Shown here piece by piece: positions 1-11,270 of a DNA stretch of 64,000 nt. The position numbers and the translations under genes were made by a program. The DNA comes from an uncultured delta proteobacterium (GTDB lineage Bacteria > Myxococcota_A > Polyangia > Polyangiales > B10-G4), in assembly GCA_963727445.1 (NCBI GenBank), contig CAVSGI010000015.1, positions 224,001 through 288,000 on the forward strand, written 5' to 3'. Numbering within the stretch: position 1 is the stretch's first letter; the number at the start of each line of letters is the position of its first letter. Under the pieces are notes generated by a model. It had not been told where the DNA came from, did not search any database, and was given only the letters and a program-made list of their open reading frames with translations.

Positions 1-35
1 GGCCGCGAACTTCCGGACCTACGTTCAGGCGGATC

Positions 36-848
36 ATGATCTGGGCAATCCTCGCGTTCTTCGTCGGCCATTGGGTGCTCTCCGTCTTCTTCCAGACGTT
101 CTTTCTGCACCGATACGGCGCTCACCGGATGTTCACCATGTCGAAGGGCTGGGAGCGCGCCTTCCACTTCATGACCTTCCTCTTCCAGGGTGCCTCCTAC
201 CTGAACCCCCGGGCCTACGCGATCCTCCATCGCGAGCATCACGCTTACAGCGACACGGAGAAGGACCCCCACTCCCCCCACACCTATCCCAACTTCTTCC
301 AGATGATGTGGGCGACCAAGACGCGCTACAACGGGCTGCTCACGCGGACGCTCGAGCCCGAGGCGCGCTTCGAGGGTGGCTACCCCGAGTGGCGTTTCAT
401 CGACTGGCTCGGCGACACCTGGACGTGTCGCATCGGCTTCGGCGCGCTCTACACCCTCTTCTACATCGCCTTCGCACCGCACTGGGCGCTGTTCCTGCTC
501 CTGCCGATCCACTACTTCATGGGCCCGATCCACGGGGCCATCGTGAACTGGGGCGGGCACAAGTACGGCTACCGGAACTACGACAACGACGACGAGTCGG
601 TGAACTCTCTGCCTTTCGACTTCCTGACCGGCGGTGAGCTCTTCCAGAACAACCATCACCGCTTCGGCATGGCGCCGAACTTCGCGGTGCGGTGGTTCGA
701 GGTCGACCCGAGCTATCAGGTGATGCGCGCGCTCTCGTGGCTCGGGATCATCGACCTCGGCGCGCGACCTCAGAAGATGCGCTGGTCGAAGAAGGCCGAG
801 GCGGCGCCCTCGCTGCCGCCGATGCCCGCGTTGAACGACGCCGAGTGA
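36..848 (+). CDS. Membrane acyl-CoA/acyl-lipid (delta-9-type) fatty acid desaturase
   Basis: Three His boxes (HRYGAH, HREHH, QNNHH), DPHSP motif, vNwgGH motif and hydrophobic TM segments. Confidence 0.9.
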   Translation: MIWAILAFFVGHWVLSVFFQTFFLHRYGAHRMFTMSKGWERAFHFMTFLFQGASYLNPRAYAILHREHHAYSDTEKDPHSPHTYPNFFQMMWATKTRYNGLLTRTLEPEARFEGGYPEWRFIDWLGDTWTCRIGFGALYTLFYIAFAPHWALFLLLPIHYFMGPIHGAIVNWGGHKYGYRNYDNDDESVNSLPFDFLTGGELFQNNHHRFGMAPNFAVRWFEVDPSYQVMRALSWLGIIDLGARPQKMRWSKKAEAAPSLPPMPALNDAE

Positions 849-854
849 AGACGA

Positions 855-884
855 AAGAGGCCGCCCCCGAAGGAGCGGCCTCTT
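855..884. terminator. Hairpin between convergent genes, probable terminator
   Basis: aagaggccgc (855-864) pairs with gcggcctctt (875-884) just after the desaturase stop. The U-tail is short. Confidence 0.55.
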
Positions 885-906
885 CGCACGATCGTACGCG
901 CCGTCT

Positions 907-1344
907 TCAGACGGGCAGGCGGACGGGCAGCTTGCGTAGAAGCGCGCGCGCCTTGTCGGTCCCTGCGACCGCGAAGGCGGCAGCCGGGCATGCGACGTAG
1001 CAGAAGATGATGTCGAAGAGCGTGGTGTGATACTCGATGAAGCCGTAGCCCTCGGGCGCGCCGACGATGAGCTTCGCGCCGAGCACGGCGAAGAGTGAGG
1101 ACGCAGCAGCGATCGCGCCGACGACGAGGTTGCGGCCCCCGCCGAGCTTCGCGGCAGCCGCGCCGCTCGCGAAGCCGATCAGGCAGGCGACGTAACTGAA
1201 CTCGCCGACGAAGCGACCGACGACGCCGTAGACGAGGCCGAGCGCGAGCGCACCACCGACCGCACCCGCGATCGCCATCGGCATCTTCACCTCACCGCTC
1301 TGCTCCGTGTCCTGCACACTGAAGTGACCCATGTTCATGTTCAT
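907..1344 (-). CDS. Hypothetical small membrane protein (about 4 Gly/Ala-rich TM helices)
   Basis: Typical codon usage and hydrophobic segments. Start placed at ATG 1344 (MNMNMGHF), which follows a purine-rich RBS (gggagagaaacga). Confidence 0.75.
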   Translation of the reverse strand: MNMNMGHFSVQDTEQSGEVKMPMAIAGAVGGALALGLVYGVVGRFVGEFSYVACLIGFASGAAAAKLGGGRNLVVGAIAAASSLFAVLGAKLIVGAPEGYGFIEYHTTLFDIIFCYVACPAAAFAVAGTDKARALLRKLPVRLPV

Positions 1345-1405
1345 TCGTTTCTCTCCCGTCTTTCCGTGAAGCCGCTCCATCGCGGCGGGACGGGTGAGAG
1401 CCATG

Positions 1406-1421
1406 GCAAGCACGGGGCCAG
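1406..1421 (-). promoter_or_regulatory. Putative sigma-54 (-24/-12) promoter
   Basis: Minus strand reads CTGGCCCCGTGCTTGC, i.e. GG-N10-GC with TTGC, about 60 bp upstream of the 1344 start. Confidence 0.55.
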
Positions 1422-1520
1422 CCAGCGCACGCCACCGCGACGGACGGTTGATCGCGCACGATCTCGGTCAGTTGGAACCTCTGACCAACGTCTCGCGGCG
1501 GTGCGACAGGACGAGCAACA

Positions 1521-1538
1521 GTTGCGCGATGGCGCAAC
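1521..1538. promoter_or_regulatory. Palindrome, candidate enhancer-binding-protein site (UAS)
   Basis: GTTGCGC-gatg-GCGCAAC, about 100 bp upstream of the sigma-54-like box. Confidence 0.4.
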
Positions 1539-1613
1539 CCGCGGCTCGTGGGTGCGTGTGCGCCGCGGACGCCCCCCCCATTCACCGCCACCCAGCACGC
1601 AGTGGGGGTAAGT

Positions 1614-2024
1614 GTGCTTCGCTGCGCTCGCGTAGTTTGAGGATGGGTGGTTGCGTGCGCGCGGCTCGCTCCGCTCGACGCGCTTGCGGGGTCGCTGAGG
1701 CGCCGGCCGGAAAGGTTTAATTGTAGTCGGGGCTCCGCCCCAACACCCCGGGGGGACAAGCCCCCCTGTCGCTCGCGCTTCGCGCTCGCTCTCACGTCTG
1801 CCCGCCCGATGTGAAATAGACGAATGAGATGGGCTCGACGGCAATGGACTGGTGGTCTACGGGCAGCGTTCGGCCCCCCCCTCGGCGCCTGCGGCGCCGG
1901 GTCGCGGCCTGCGGCCGCTCGGGGTCGAGCACAGCGAGCCGCTGCACACCGCTCGGGGTCGAGCACAGCGAGCCGCTGCACGCGCAATCACCCATCTTCA
2001 AAGGGCGCTCGCGCAGCGAAGCAC
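1614..2024. repeat. About 410-bp non-coding element with long imperfect terminal inverted repeats (MITE/REPIN-like or structured RNA) and an internal 33-bp tandem duplication
   Basis: 1614-1627 gtgcttcgctgcgc is the exact reverse complement of 2011-2024. Complementarity continues inward (1636-1679 versus about 1958-2002). ccgctcggggtcgagcacagcgagccgctgcac occurs at 1915-1947 and 1949-1981. Confidence 0.7.
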
Positions 2025-2049
2025 GCCGACTGCGGGGCGAAGGAGAACG

Positions 2050-3913
<1,864 letters not shown>

Positions 3914-3960
3914 CGCGGCGCGACGCTAACCCCGTTGCGCCACCGTGTCGAGACCGGGCC

Positions 3961-5736
3961 TCAGTCGGTCGTGACGTCGAGATAGATGATCCCGAGAGAG
4001 GGCGCTCGGTCCGTCGCCACCTCACGAATCACGGACGCGGCACACGGGGCGACGGGGGAGTCGTCCGTGACGTCGGGCCGCACCTGCATCAGTCCGCCTC
4101 CGGATCCGTACTGGAGCGTGATCGCGTGTGTACCACCCCCGAGGCGCGCGCACCTTCCCATCCGCGCTTGTGCACGTCGCGCGAGGGCACGACCAAAGTC
4201 GTCGGAGAAGCTCTGTGTGAGCGGCCGATAGGTCACACGCGCTCCCCCTCCCGTTCCCGTCTCCGTTCCCGTTCCCGTTCCCGTTCCCGTTCCCGTCTCC
4301 GTTCCCGTTCCCGTCTCCGTTCCCGTTCCCGTTCCCGTTCCCGTTCCCGTTCCCGTTCCCGCAACCGTTCCCGTTCCCGTTCCCGCAACCGTTCCCGTTC
4401 CCGCAACCGTTCCCGTTCCCGCAACCGCTCCCGCTCCCGCATTCGGCGTGGACGCAGTCGGCAGAGGCCCCTCTCCTTGGATATCCGGCCGTGGCCCTTC
4501 ACCCCCGGGGGGTTCGTCCGCCTGGTCCGCAGGAACCGTTGGGCTCGGATTGACAGGGGCAACCGGCGGCACCGCCTGGACCTCCGACACTTCTGCGCCA
4601 CCGTCGAGCACGAAGTAAACCGCGACACCGGCGAGGGCGGCCCCGCCGAGGCCGCCGATCACGAGGGCGATGAGACCCCACATTCCGAGGCCCGAGGAAG
4701 CTCGTTGGGGGGCGGCCAGGGGCGCGGCGGAGACCGCAGACACTCCATGCGGCGGATGGACCGAGGGTGCGGGCGCGGGCGGCGTCACCAGCTGCGCCGA
4801 TGGCAGCGACGGTGTGAAGGGCGCGGGCGCGGGCCGCGCGCTGTCGATGGTTGCCCGCGCCGCGCTGCCCAGGCGCAGCACCTCGAGGGTGCTCGCGGTG
4901 CTCAGGGTCTTCAGCGCCGCGATCTGCTCAGCCGCGTCTCGGAAACGGCCGTCGGGATCTCTGCTGAGGCCGCGCTCGATCACGTGCTTGAGGCCAGCGG
5001 GAAGCCAGGGCGCCGCGTCGGTGAGCGGCACCGGGGGTCGAGTGCTCACGCGCACCACCAGCTCCTCGTAGGTGCTCGAGGGGAAGGGCATCTGGGCCGA
5101 GAGCATCTCGTAGAGGATCACGCTCACGCTGAAGAGATCCGCGCGCCCGTCGACGTCCTTGGCGCCGCCGAACTGCTCCGGCGCCATGTAGCTCGGCGTC
5201 CCCAGCGTCATCCCGGTCTTGGTGAGGGACGGCGCGCCCGCGGTCGGCATGAACTTGCTCACGCCGAAGTCGAGGAGCTTGACCCGCGGGCTCTCGGTCC
5301 CCGGCGTTCCAGCCAACAGGATGTTGGCCGGCTTCAGATCGCGGTGGACGATGCCCGCGCGATGCGCCGCGTCGAGGGCGTCGAGGATCTGCACCGCGAT
5401 GTCGAGCGCCACGTCGCCGCGCAGGGGCGCTTCGCGCTCGAGGCGCGACTCGAGGGTCTCGCCCTCGAGGAGCTCCATCGCCAGAAAGGCACGCCCGTCC
5501 GCGGTGCGACCCGCGTCGAGGACCTCGACGATGTGCCGATTGCCGATGGCGGCCGCCGCCCGCGCCTCGAGGAGAAAGCGCTCGAGCACCTGGGGCGAGG
5601 AGATGTGCTCCGGCCTCAGGACCTTGAGCGCCACCGGCCTTCCCGTGACGGTATGAACCGCGCGATAGACGTCGCCGAAGCCGCCCTCTCCGAGCGTGGC
5701 TTCGACGCGGTATCGATCGATCTCCTCACCGGTCAC
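3961..5736 (-). CDS. Membrane-anchored Hanks-type Ser/Thr protein kinase with Gly-Thr repeat linker
   Basis: [22 protein letters not shown] and GTPSYMAPE motifs; one TM segment ([10 protein letters not shown]...); (GT)n tract. Confidence 0.93.
   Translation of the reverse strand: MTGEEIDRYRVEATLGEGGFGDVYRAVHTVTGRPVALKVLRPEHISSPQVLERFLLEARAAAAIGNRHIVEVLDAGRTADGRAFLAMELLEGETLESRLEREAPLRGDVALDIAVQILDALDAAHRAGIVHRDLKPANILLAGTPGTESPRVKLLDFGVSKFMPTAGAPSLTKTGMTLGTPSYMAPEQFGGAKDVDGRADLFSVSVILYEMLSAQMPFPSSTYEELVVRVSTRPPVPLTDAAPWLPAGLKHVIERGLSRDPDGRFRDAAEQIAALKTLSTASTLEVLRLGSAARATIDSARPAPAPFTPSLPSAQLVTPPAPAPSVHPPHGVSAVSAAPLAAPQRASSGLGMWGLIALVIGGLGGAALAGVAVYFVLDGGAEVSEVQAVPPVAPVNPSPTVPADQADEPPGGEGPRPDIQGEGPLPTASTPNAGAGAVAGTGTVAGTGTVAGTGTGTVAGTGTGTGTGTGTGTETGTGTETGTGTGTGTGTETGTGGGARVTYRPLTQSFSDDFGRALARRAQARMGRCARLGGGTHAITLQYGSGGGLMQVRPDVTDDSPVAPCAASVIREVATDRAPSLGIIYLDVTTD
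4250..4440. repeat. Hexanucleotide microsatellite (CCCGTT)n with variants, encoding (GT)n/(GTGTVA)n in the kinase
   Basis: About 30 tandem hexamer units are directly visible. Confidence 0.9.
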
Positions 5737-5811
5737 GGCGAGATTCTTTCACAATCCGCCTGCGGCTGCCCCATGAGGCGTGATTGACAGGCCCGCCCGC
5801 GGGCGAACACG

Positions 5812-7605
5812 ATGGCCCCGTCCGTGACGAAGATCGAGGAAAAGACCACCCTGAACCAGGAGCTCCTGCCGGACGATGACGGCGAGGCGCAAGCAGCCCT
5901 GGTCGTCTACTACCGCGACGGCGTGAAGGTGGTCTCGCTGAGGGAGGGGATCCCGACGGTCGTGGGCCGCGCGCACCCCTCCGACGTCGTCATCCCGGAC
6001 CTCGGCCTGAGCCGTCGCCACGCCGAGTTCACGTGGCAAACCGACGGCGTGTACGTCGAGGATCTCGACTCGACCAACGGCACCAAGCTCGGCGGCGAGG
6101 AGATCACCACCGCCCGCATCATGCCGGGCGACACCGTGCAGCTCGGCGGCGCGGTGACCGCCTCGATCAACATGCAGTCCGGCGCCGCGCACCTCCGGGG
6201 CATCGACAGCAACGAAGGTTTTCGCCGCCGCCTCCAGGAAGAGGTCACGCGCGCCAAGTCCTTCCGCCGCAAGCTGAGCCTCTTGATGATCCGGGCGCTC
6301 TCCCTGGACGAGGGACATGTCGCGCGGTGGGCTCCGCGGATCCGCGCCGAGCTCCGCGACGTCGATCGCATGACGCTCTACGGCCAGCAGTCGGCGCTGG
6401 TGCTCCTGCCGGAGATGAGCCAGGACGAGGCCTCGCTGATCGCCAAGCAGCTCGTCGCCACCGAACGCCTGGGCGAGCCGCCCCTGGTCTGCGGCGTCGC
6501 GTCCTTCCCGGAGCGCGCCACCGGCGATGCGCTGGTCGACGCCGCGCGACAGGCTGCCCGCAAGGCCAAGCCTTCCCATCGCGTTCACGTCGCCAGCGCC
6601 GAGGACGACGAGGAGGTGCGTCGCGAGCGGAGCGTCGTCATCGCCAGCCAGAAGATGCGCGAGGTCTACGACCTGGTGCGCAAGGTCGCGGCCTCCACCA
6701 TACCCGTGTTGGTCCAGGGCGAGACGGGGACCGGCAAGGAAGTCATCGCCAGCGCGATTCACAACGCGTCGTCACGACGCAACGGGCCGATGCGCAGCAT
6801 CAACTGCGGCGCCATCCCGGCGACCCTGATCGAGAGCGTGCTCTTCGGCCACGAAAAAGGCGCCTTCACCGGCGCCGAGCGGACCGCTCCGGGCCTCTTC
6901 GAGCAGGCCGACGGCGGCACCGTCCTCTTGGACGAGGTGGGCGAGCTCTCGCAGCAGGCGCAGGCGGCGCTGTTGCGCGTCCTCGAGACCAAGCGCGTCC
7001 TGCGCGTGGGCGGCACCGAGGAGCGCGAGGTCGACGTGCGGGTCGTCGCCGCCACCCATCGCGATCTCGAAGCGATGACCAAGGACGGCACCTTCCGTCT
7101 CGACCTGCTCTACCGACTCAACACGATGCAGATTCGGGTGCCGCCGCTCCGCGAGCGGCCCGAGGAGATCGAGGCCCTCGCCGAGCTCTTCCTGCAGGAG
7201 GCGAACAGGGCTTCGGGCACCACGGTCACCGGCATCGACGACGACGCGCGGCGGCTGCTGCGGACCTACGAGTGGCCCGGCAACGTGCGCGAGCTCCGCA
7301 ACGTGATCGAGCGCGCGGTGATCGTCTCCCAAGGCGACGAGATCACCGCCGAGGACCTGGGCGAGCGCCTTCGCGGACCCGCGGTGGTGGTTCCCTCGCC
7401 CACGGACATGCCCCCGCCCGGCGAGCCCACCGACGCCGAGATGCCGTTCAAGGACCGCATTCGCGAATACGAGACGGCGCTGATCCTCGACGCGCTGAGG
7501 CGCGCCGAGGGCAATCAGACGGCCGCGGCGAAGCTCCTCAAGATGCCGCTCCGCACCCTGGTCCACAAGATCAAGACCTACGGCATCAAGAAGATGTACG
7601 AGTAG
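5812..7605 (+). CDS. FHA-domain sigma-54 enhancer-binding protein (FHA, degenerate GGDEF-like, AAA+, Fis HTH)
   Basis: FHA: GR...SRRHA...DLDSTNGT. AAA+: GETGTGKE, ESVLFGHEKGAFTGA, LLDEVGEL, FRLDLLYRLN, WPGNVRELRN. HTH: GNQTAAAKLL. Confidence 0.93.
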   Translation: MAPSVTKIEEKTTLNQELLPDDDGEAQAALVVYYRDGVKVVSLREGIPTVVGRAHPSDVVIPDLGLSRRHAEFTWQTDGVYVEDLDSTNGTKLGGEEITTARIMPGDTVQLGGAVTASINMQSGAAHLRGIDSNEGFRRRLQEEVTRAKSFRRKLSLLMIRALSLDEGHVARWAPRIRAELRDVDRMTLYGQQSALVLLPEMSQDEASLIAKQLVATERLGEPPLVCGVASFPERATGDALVDAARQAARKAKPSHRVHVASAEDDEEVRRERSVVIASQKMREVYDLVRKVAASTIPVLVQGETGTGKEVIASAIHNASSRRNGPMRSINCGAIPATLIESVLFGHEKGAFTGAERTAPGLFEQADGGTVLLDEVGELSQQAQAALLRVLETKRVLRVGGTEEREVDVRVVAATHRDLEAMTKDGTFRLDLLYRLNTMQIRVPPLRERPEEIEALAELFLQEANRASGTTVTGIDDDARRLLRTYEWPGNVRELRNVIERAVIVSQGDEITAEDLGERLRGPAVVVPSPTDMPPPGEPTDAEMPFKDRIREYETALILDALRRAEGNQTAAAKLLKMPLRTLVHKIKTYGIKKMYE

Positions 7606-8842
7606 GGCCGGGGCCCAGCGCTTCGATGGGGAGGCTCGGCGCGAACACGCCGCGCTTCACGCCGGCCATGGTGCGCACCATCAGCGCCCGCAGGATCGGC
7701 AGGTGACAGGCGGTGCCCATGAAAGTGTCACGTAGCGAGGCGAGGCTCTCGTAGTCGGACTGGAAGAAGGGCGTCAGCCACCGGGTGGCGAATTGGTAGA
7801 ACGACAGGTGCGGGCGGCGCAGGCGCTCGTAGAGCTCGAGCGCCGCGTCGACGCTCTCGCTCGCTTCCACGCAATCGGCGAGCACCATCGCGTCGTAGAG
7901 CGCGAGGTTCGCGCCCTGCCCCAGCTGGGGGCTCATCGCGTGCGCGGCGTCGCCGACGAAGACCACGCGACCCTGATGAAAGCGACGCAGTGTGACGTCG
8001 TGATAACGGGCCAGGAGGAGCTGATCGAAGTCGTCGATCTGATCGAGGACGCTTTCGGCGCGGGGAACGCGCCTGAGCACCGATGACTCGAAGGCCTTCA
8101 GGCCCTCGCGGCGAAGCTGGGCGTCGCGCGATACGCGAACGCTGTAGAAGAAGCTGACCTTCGAGCGATCCGGAACGCCGTGCTCCGCCGGCCCGAGCCC
8201 GGTCGGCAGGAGCCCGATCATCACGCCGGTGCCGTCGACGACCTGGTAGAGCCGATCCTGGAACTCGCCTTTCGCGTCGTCGGCGACGAACCAGAGCGCG
8301 CCCCAGGGATAGGGGCGATCGCGCGCGACCACCGTGACATCGTCCCGAAGCTGAGAGCGCGCGCCGTCCGCCACCACCACCAGGTCGTGCGGTCCGAAGC
8401 GCCGTCCGCCGGCGGTCATCGGGCGCGGGCGCCCACGGCGTTCGCGATCGAAGCTCTCGATCTTCACACCGCAGCGCACCTCGGCGCCGGCGCGCTTCGC
8501 CTCCTCGAAGAGCGCGCGAAAGAGAACGCCCCGGTGCATTCCGAGCCCGAAGAGATCCGGATGGACGTCGGCGTAGGCGATGTCGACGACCGGACGGCCC
8601 TCGGTCGTCTCGCAGCGGAGCGAGGCGAGGCGCGCACCGCGCGCGTGGACGCGGTCGAAGAGCCCCAGGCGCGAGAGGACCAGCATCCCCGTCGGCTGCA
8701 CGATGATGCCTGCGCCAATCGCCGTGGGCTCGGCCACCGCTTCGTAGACCGTGACCTCGTGCCCGGCGCGCGCAAGGAAGATCGCCGCGGCGCCCCCCGC
8801 GGTCCCACAGCCGATGATCCCGATCGATAGTGGCCGCTTCAT
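7586..8842 (-). CDS. FAD-dependent monooxygenase (group A flavoprotein, UbiH/salicylate hydroxylase-like)
   Basis: GCGTAG, VVADGARSQLR and VGDAAHAMSPQLGQGANLA fingerprints. Start at ATG 8842 overlaps the upstream TGA (ATGA). Confidence 0.88.
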   Translation of the reverse strand: MKRPLSIGIIGCGTAGGAAAIFLARAGHEVTVYEAVAEPTAIGAGIIVQPTGMLVLSRLGLFDRVHARGARLASLRCETTEGRPVVDIAYADVHPDLFGLGMHRGVLFRALFEEAKRAGAEVRCGVKIESFDRERRGRPRPMTAGGRRFGPHDLVVVADGARSQLRDDVTVVARDRPYPWGALWFVADDAKGEFQDRLYQVVDGTGVMIGLLPTGLGPAEHGVPDRSKVSFFYSVRVSRDAQLRREGLKAFESSVLRRVPRAESVLDQIDDFDQLLLARYHDVTLRRFHQGRVVFVGDAAHAMSPQLGQGANLALYDAMVLADCVEASESVDAALELYERLRRPHLSFYQFATRWLTPFFQSDYESLASLRDTFMGTACHLPILRALMVRTMAGVKRGVFAPSLPIEALGPGPTRTSS

Positions 8843-10620
8843 CGGTAGGGACCCGTCCGGCCGCGGAGCAGCGCCGAGAGCGCTTCGAGTCGCTTCAGGA
8901 TCGCGAGCGCCCGCGCCGGATCGTCCAGCTGAGGCTCGATGTGCGCGATCAGGGCCCGCTCTTCCACCCGCAGGTGCGGCGTCTCCGCCACCAGGCGCGC
9001 GAGGATCTGCCGCGCCTCGGCACCGTACTTCGTGGCTTCGTCGTCGCCCAGAGAAGAGGCCGTGCTCAGGAAGAGATAGTCGTCGTCGATGGGATCGCGC
9101 ACCTCGATGGCCGCGGTGGTGCGGTAGGCGGTACCGCTCTCGTCCCACTCCGTGACGACGATCGACCGGTCCTCGCCCCGGCGAAAGTGGAGCGCCAGGC
9201 GCGAAGGCTCGAAGACCGCGCCCTCGCGCGTCGCCGTCCTCGCCCACTCGGCGGCCGCTGCTTCGCGCCCACTCGGCGGCGGGATCGCCGCGCGCGCACC
9301 GGGGTAGCTCGCCGCGAGCGACGTGAGGGTGCTGCACATGCGACTGAGCGCCGACCGCGTCCGTCGCATCGAGACGAAGGTCATCCCTTCGTCGTCCAGA
9401 TCTTCGAGCTCCTGGGCGAAGAACGCCTCGCCGAGCGCCCCCACATAGGCGCGCACCTGCGCGGGGTCCCGCCCGGTCACGTAGTGGTTCTTCTCGAAGA
9501 ACGGCTGGCCGAGCTCCACGTTTTCGCCGAGGAACCGATGAAAGCTCCCCTTCTCGCCGCCGTCGAGATCGAGGTGGACGCTGGGATGGGTCAAGGTCCC
9601 GACGAGCGCCAAGCCGCGCTTGCGATGGCCGAGCCCGATGGCGATCTCCACGTCGCCCACCTTCTGGAGCATCTGCCGCCCGTCGAACGCCATCCCGTAT
9701 GCGCGCGCCACCTTCTCCCAGATCGCGCGCTGTCTCGAGCTACCCACCGGCGCAGGCGCGAGACGTGATCGCACGCGGACGCCACCCTCGGGCACCAGGG
9801 TCACGGGCAACCGCATCGTGATGTCCCGTCCGAAGGCCACCACCGCCGTCACGTCGAGGACCCAATCGAGCTGAAAGAGGCGCGACTGGATCGACGGAGG
9901 TACCTCGGGCACCGCCATTCGGATCGGTGCGCCCTCGAGGAGCCTTTCGACGGAGAACCGGAGCTCGTAGCCGCGGAGCTTCACCCTCCCGCGATTTCGG
10001 CCGCGGGAGTCGAAGCGCGTCTCGAGGGCGCTGAGGCTGAGCTTGCCTTCGCGAAAGCGAGTGTCGACCGCGTTGTCGACCGCGACCGCCACGTCGATGG
10101 TCCCCCCGAGCGGCACGATGTCCGAAGCGAGGCTGACCTCGAGCACCGGCACGGTCCCCACCGGTCCCTCGGGGGATGTGCTGTAAATCTGCGGGCGCGC
10201 GTCCACCGCGTCCCGCTCCACCGACCCGACGGTGATCACGAACTTCTCGACCGCGTCGGGCCACCAGTCGATGTCCACGCGGACCACCGCCTCGTATTCG
10301 ACCCGCGCGAAGCCGAAGCGATAGCTCGGCGGCGCTTCCTCTGGCACGTCGAAGGAGAAGGGCAGCTCGTGGCGACCGGCTGGGATCTCCTCGGGGCCCG
10401 TGAGGTTCGCGCGAAGGGTCATCACCGCCCAGCGATGGGTCTTCGCGCTGTCGCCCGAGCCGATCACGACGCGCTCCTCGCCGCGGAGATCGACGGTGAC
10501 CGCCTGGGTGGGCACGGCCTTCGACGCGGTGATGACCACGACCCCGGAGGCGCGACGACCCGGCGTGAGGATCGTGGGCAGCCGGAGCCCGACCTTCGGT
10601 CGCTTCTTGATCAGTGGCAT
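8839..10620 (-). CDS. Arrestin-fold (Arrestin_N/SpoOM-like) protein with C-terminal extension
   Basis: VTVDLRGEE...GRHELPFSFDVPEEAPPSY...VEYEAVVRVDIDW is an arrestin-N pattern. A second lobe follows (LEVSLASD...VPEVPPSI...LDWVLDV). Confidence 0.65.
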   Translation of the reverse strand: MPLIKKRPKVGLRLPTILTPGRRASGVVVITASKAVPTQAVTVDLRGEERVVIGSGDSAKTHRWAVMTLRANLTGPEEIPAGRHELPFSFDVPEEAPPSYRFGFARVEYEAVVRVDIDWWPDAVEKFVITVGSVERDAVDARPQIYSTSPEGPVGTVPVLEVSLASDIVPLGGTIDVAVAVDNAVDTRFREGKLSLSALETRFDSRGRNRGRVKLRGYELRFSVERLLEGAPIRMAVPEVPPSIQSRLFQLDWVLDVTAVVAFGRDITMRLPVTLVPEGGVRVRSRLAPAPVGSSRQRAIWEKVARAYGMAFDGRQMLQKVGDVEIAIGLGHRKRGLALVGTLTHPSVHLDLDGGEKGSFHRFLGENVELGQPFFEKNHYVTGRDPAQVRAYVGALGEAFFAQELEDLDDEGMTFVSMRRTRSALSRMCSTLTSLAASYPGARAAIPPPSGREAAAAEWARTATREGAVFEPSRLALHFRRGEDRSIVVTEWDESGTAYRTTAAIEVRDPIDDDYLFLSTASSLGDDEATKYGAEARQILARLVAETPHLRVEERALIAHIEPQLDDPARALAILKRLEALSALLRGRTGPYR

Positions 10621-10670
10621 CGAGACCCGCGGAGGCGCGAGCTTATCAAGCCCGCCGCGAGGCGAGGGCC

Positions 10671-11270
10671 TCAGCGGTCTTCAGGCGTGTCCCAGTCGAC
10701 GAGGGCGGCCTCGACCACCTCGCTCGGCGCGAGCGCTTCGGCGCCCACGCGGGCGAAGAGCTTCTGGAAGGAGCGCACGCCCTCGGCCGCGGCGGCGCGG
10801 AGCGCGGGGAGCGCGCGCGCAGGATCGTAACGGGCGAAGAGCGGCTCCCACGGCGCGTCGGGGCCGCGGCGCGCCGCGAGGATCGTCGGCCCGGCGGGTG
10901 CCTCAATCAGCGCGCGAAGCGCTCCGACGCTCACCTGGGGCATGTCGCAGGCCACCGCGATCGCCGGACGATCGCCCGCGCGGGCGAGGAGCGCCGAGAG
11001 GCCACCGAGGGGGCCGTCGATGGCGGGATCGTCGGCGATGGCTTCGAGGCCCAGCGCGCCGTAGGCGCTCGCTTCCCCGACGAGCACGACGCCCATCCCG
11101 GCCTCACGGCCGAGGCGGGCGAGACGCGCGGCGAGGGGCTCGCCGGTATCGGGCGCCTCCAGCAACCCCTTGGGCTCGCCGCCCATTCGCGTGGACTTGC
11201 CGCCGACGAAGATGCCGAGCAGCGGAGAGGGTGCGTCAGTCGGCGTCGTCGAGTCGCTCTGGATGGGCAT
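10671..11270 (-). CDS. mobA: Molybdenum cofactor guanylyltransferase
   Basis: GGKSTRMG..K, GPLGGL, ACDMP, EPLFARY and DTPED motifs; overlaps fdhD. Confidence 0.85.
   Translation of the reverse strand: MPIQSDSTTPTDAPSPLLGIFVGGKSTRMGGEPKGLLEAPDTGEPLAARLARLGREAGMGVVLVGEASAYGALGLEAIADDPAIDGPLGGLSALLARAGDRPAIAVACDMPQVSVGALRALIEAPAGPTILAARRGPDAPWEPLFARYDPARALPALRAAAAEGVRSFQKLFARVGAEALAPSEVVEAALVDWDTPEDR

Noticed and set aside
1414..2049. Protein-coding ORFs in the intergenic region
   Set aside because: The translations are Arg/Pro/Ala-rich with no codon bias or motif, and the region is better explained by promoter elements and inverted repeats.
4233..4628. RE-repeat or RS-repeat proteins in alternative frames
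   Set aside because: They are alternative readings of the CCCGTT microsatellite inside the kinase gene.
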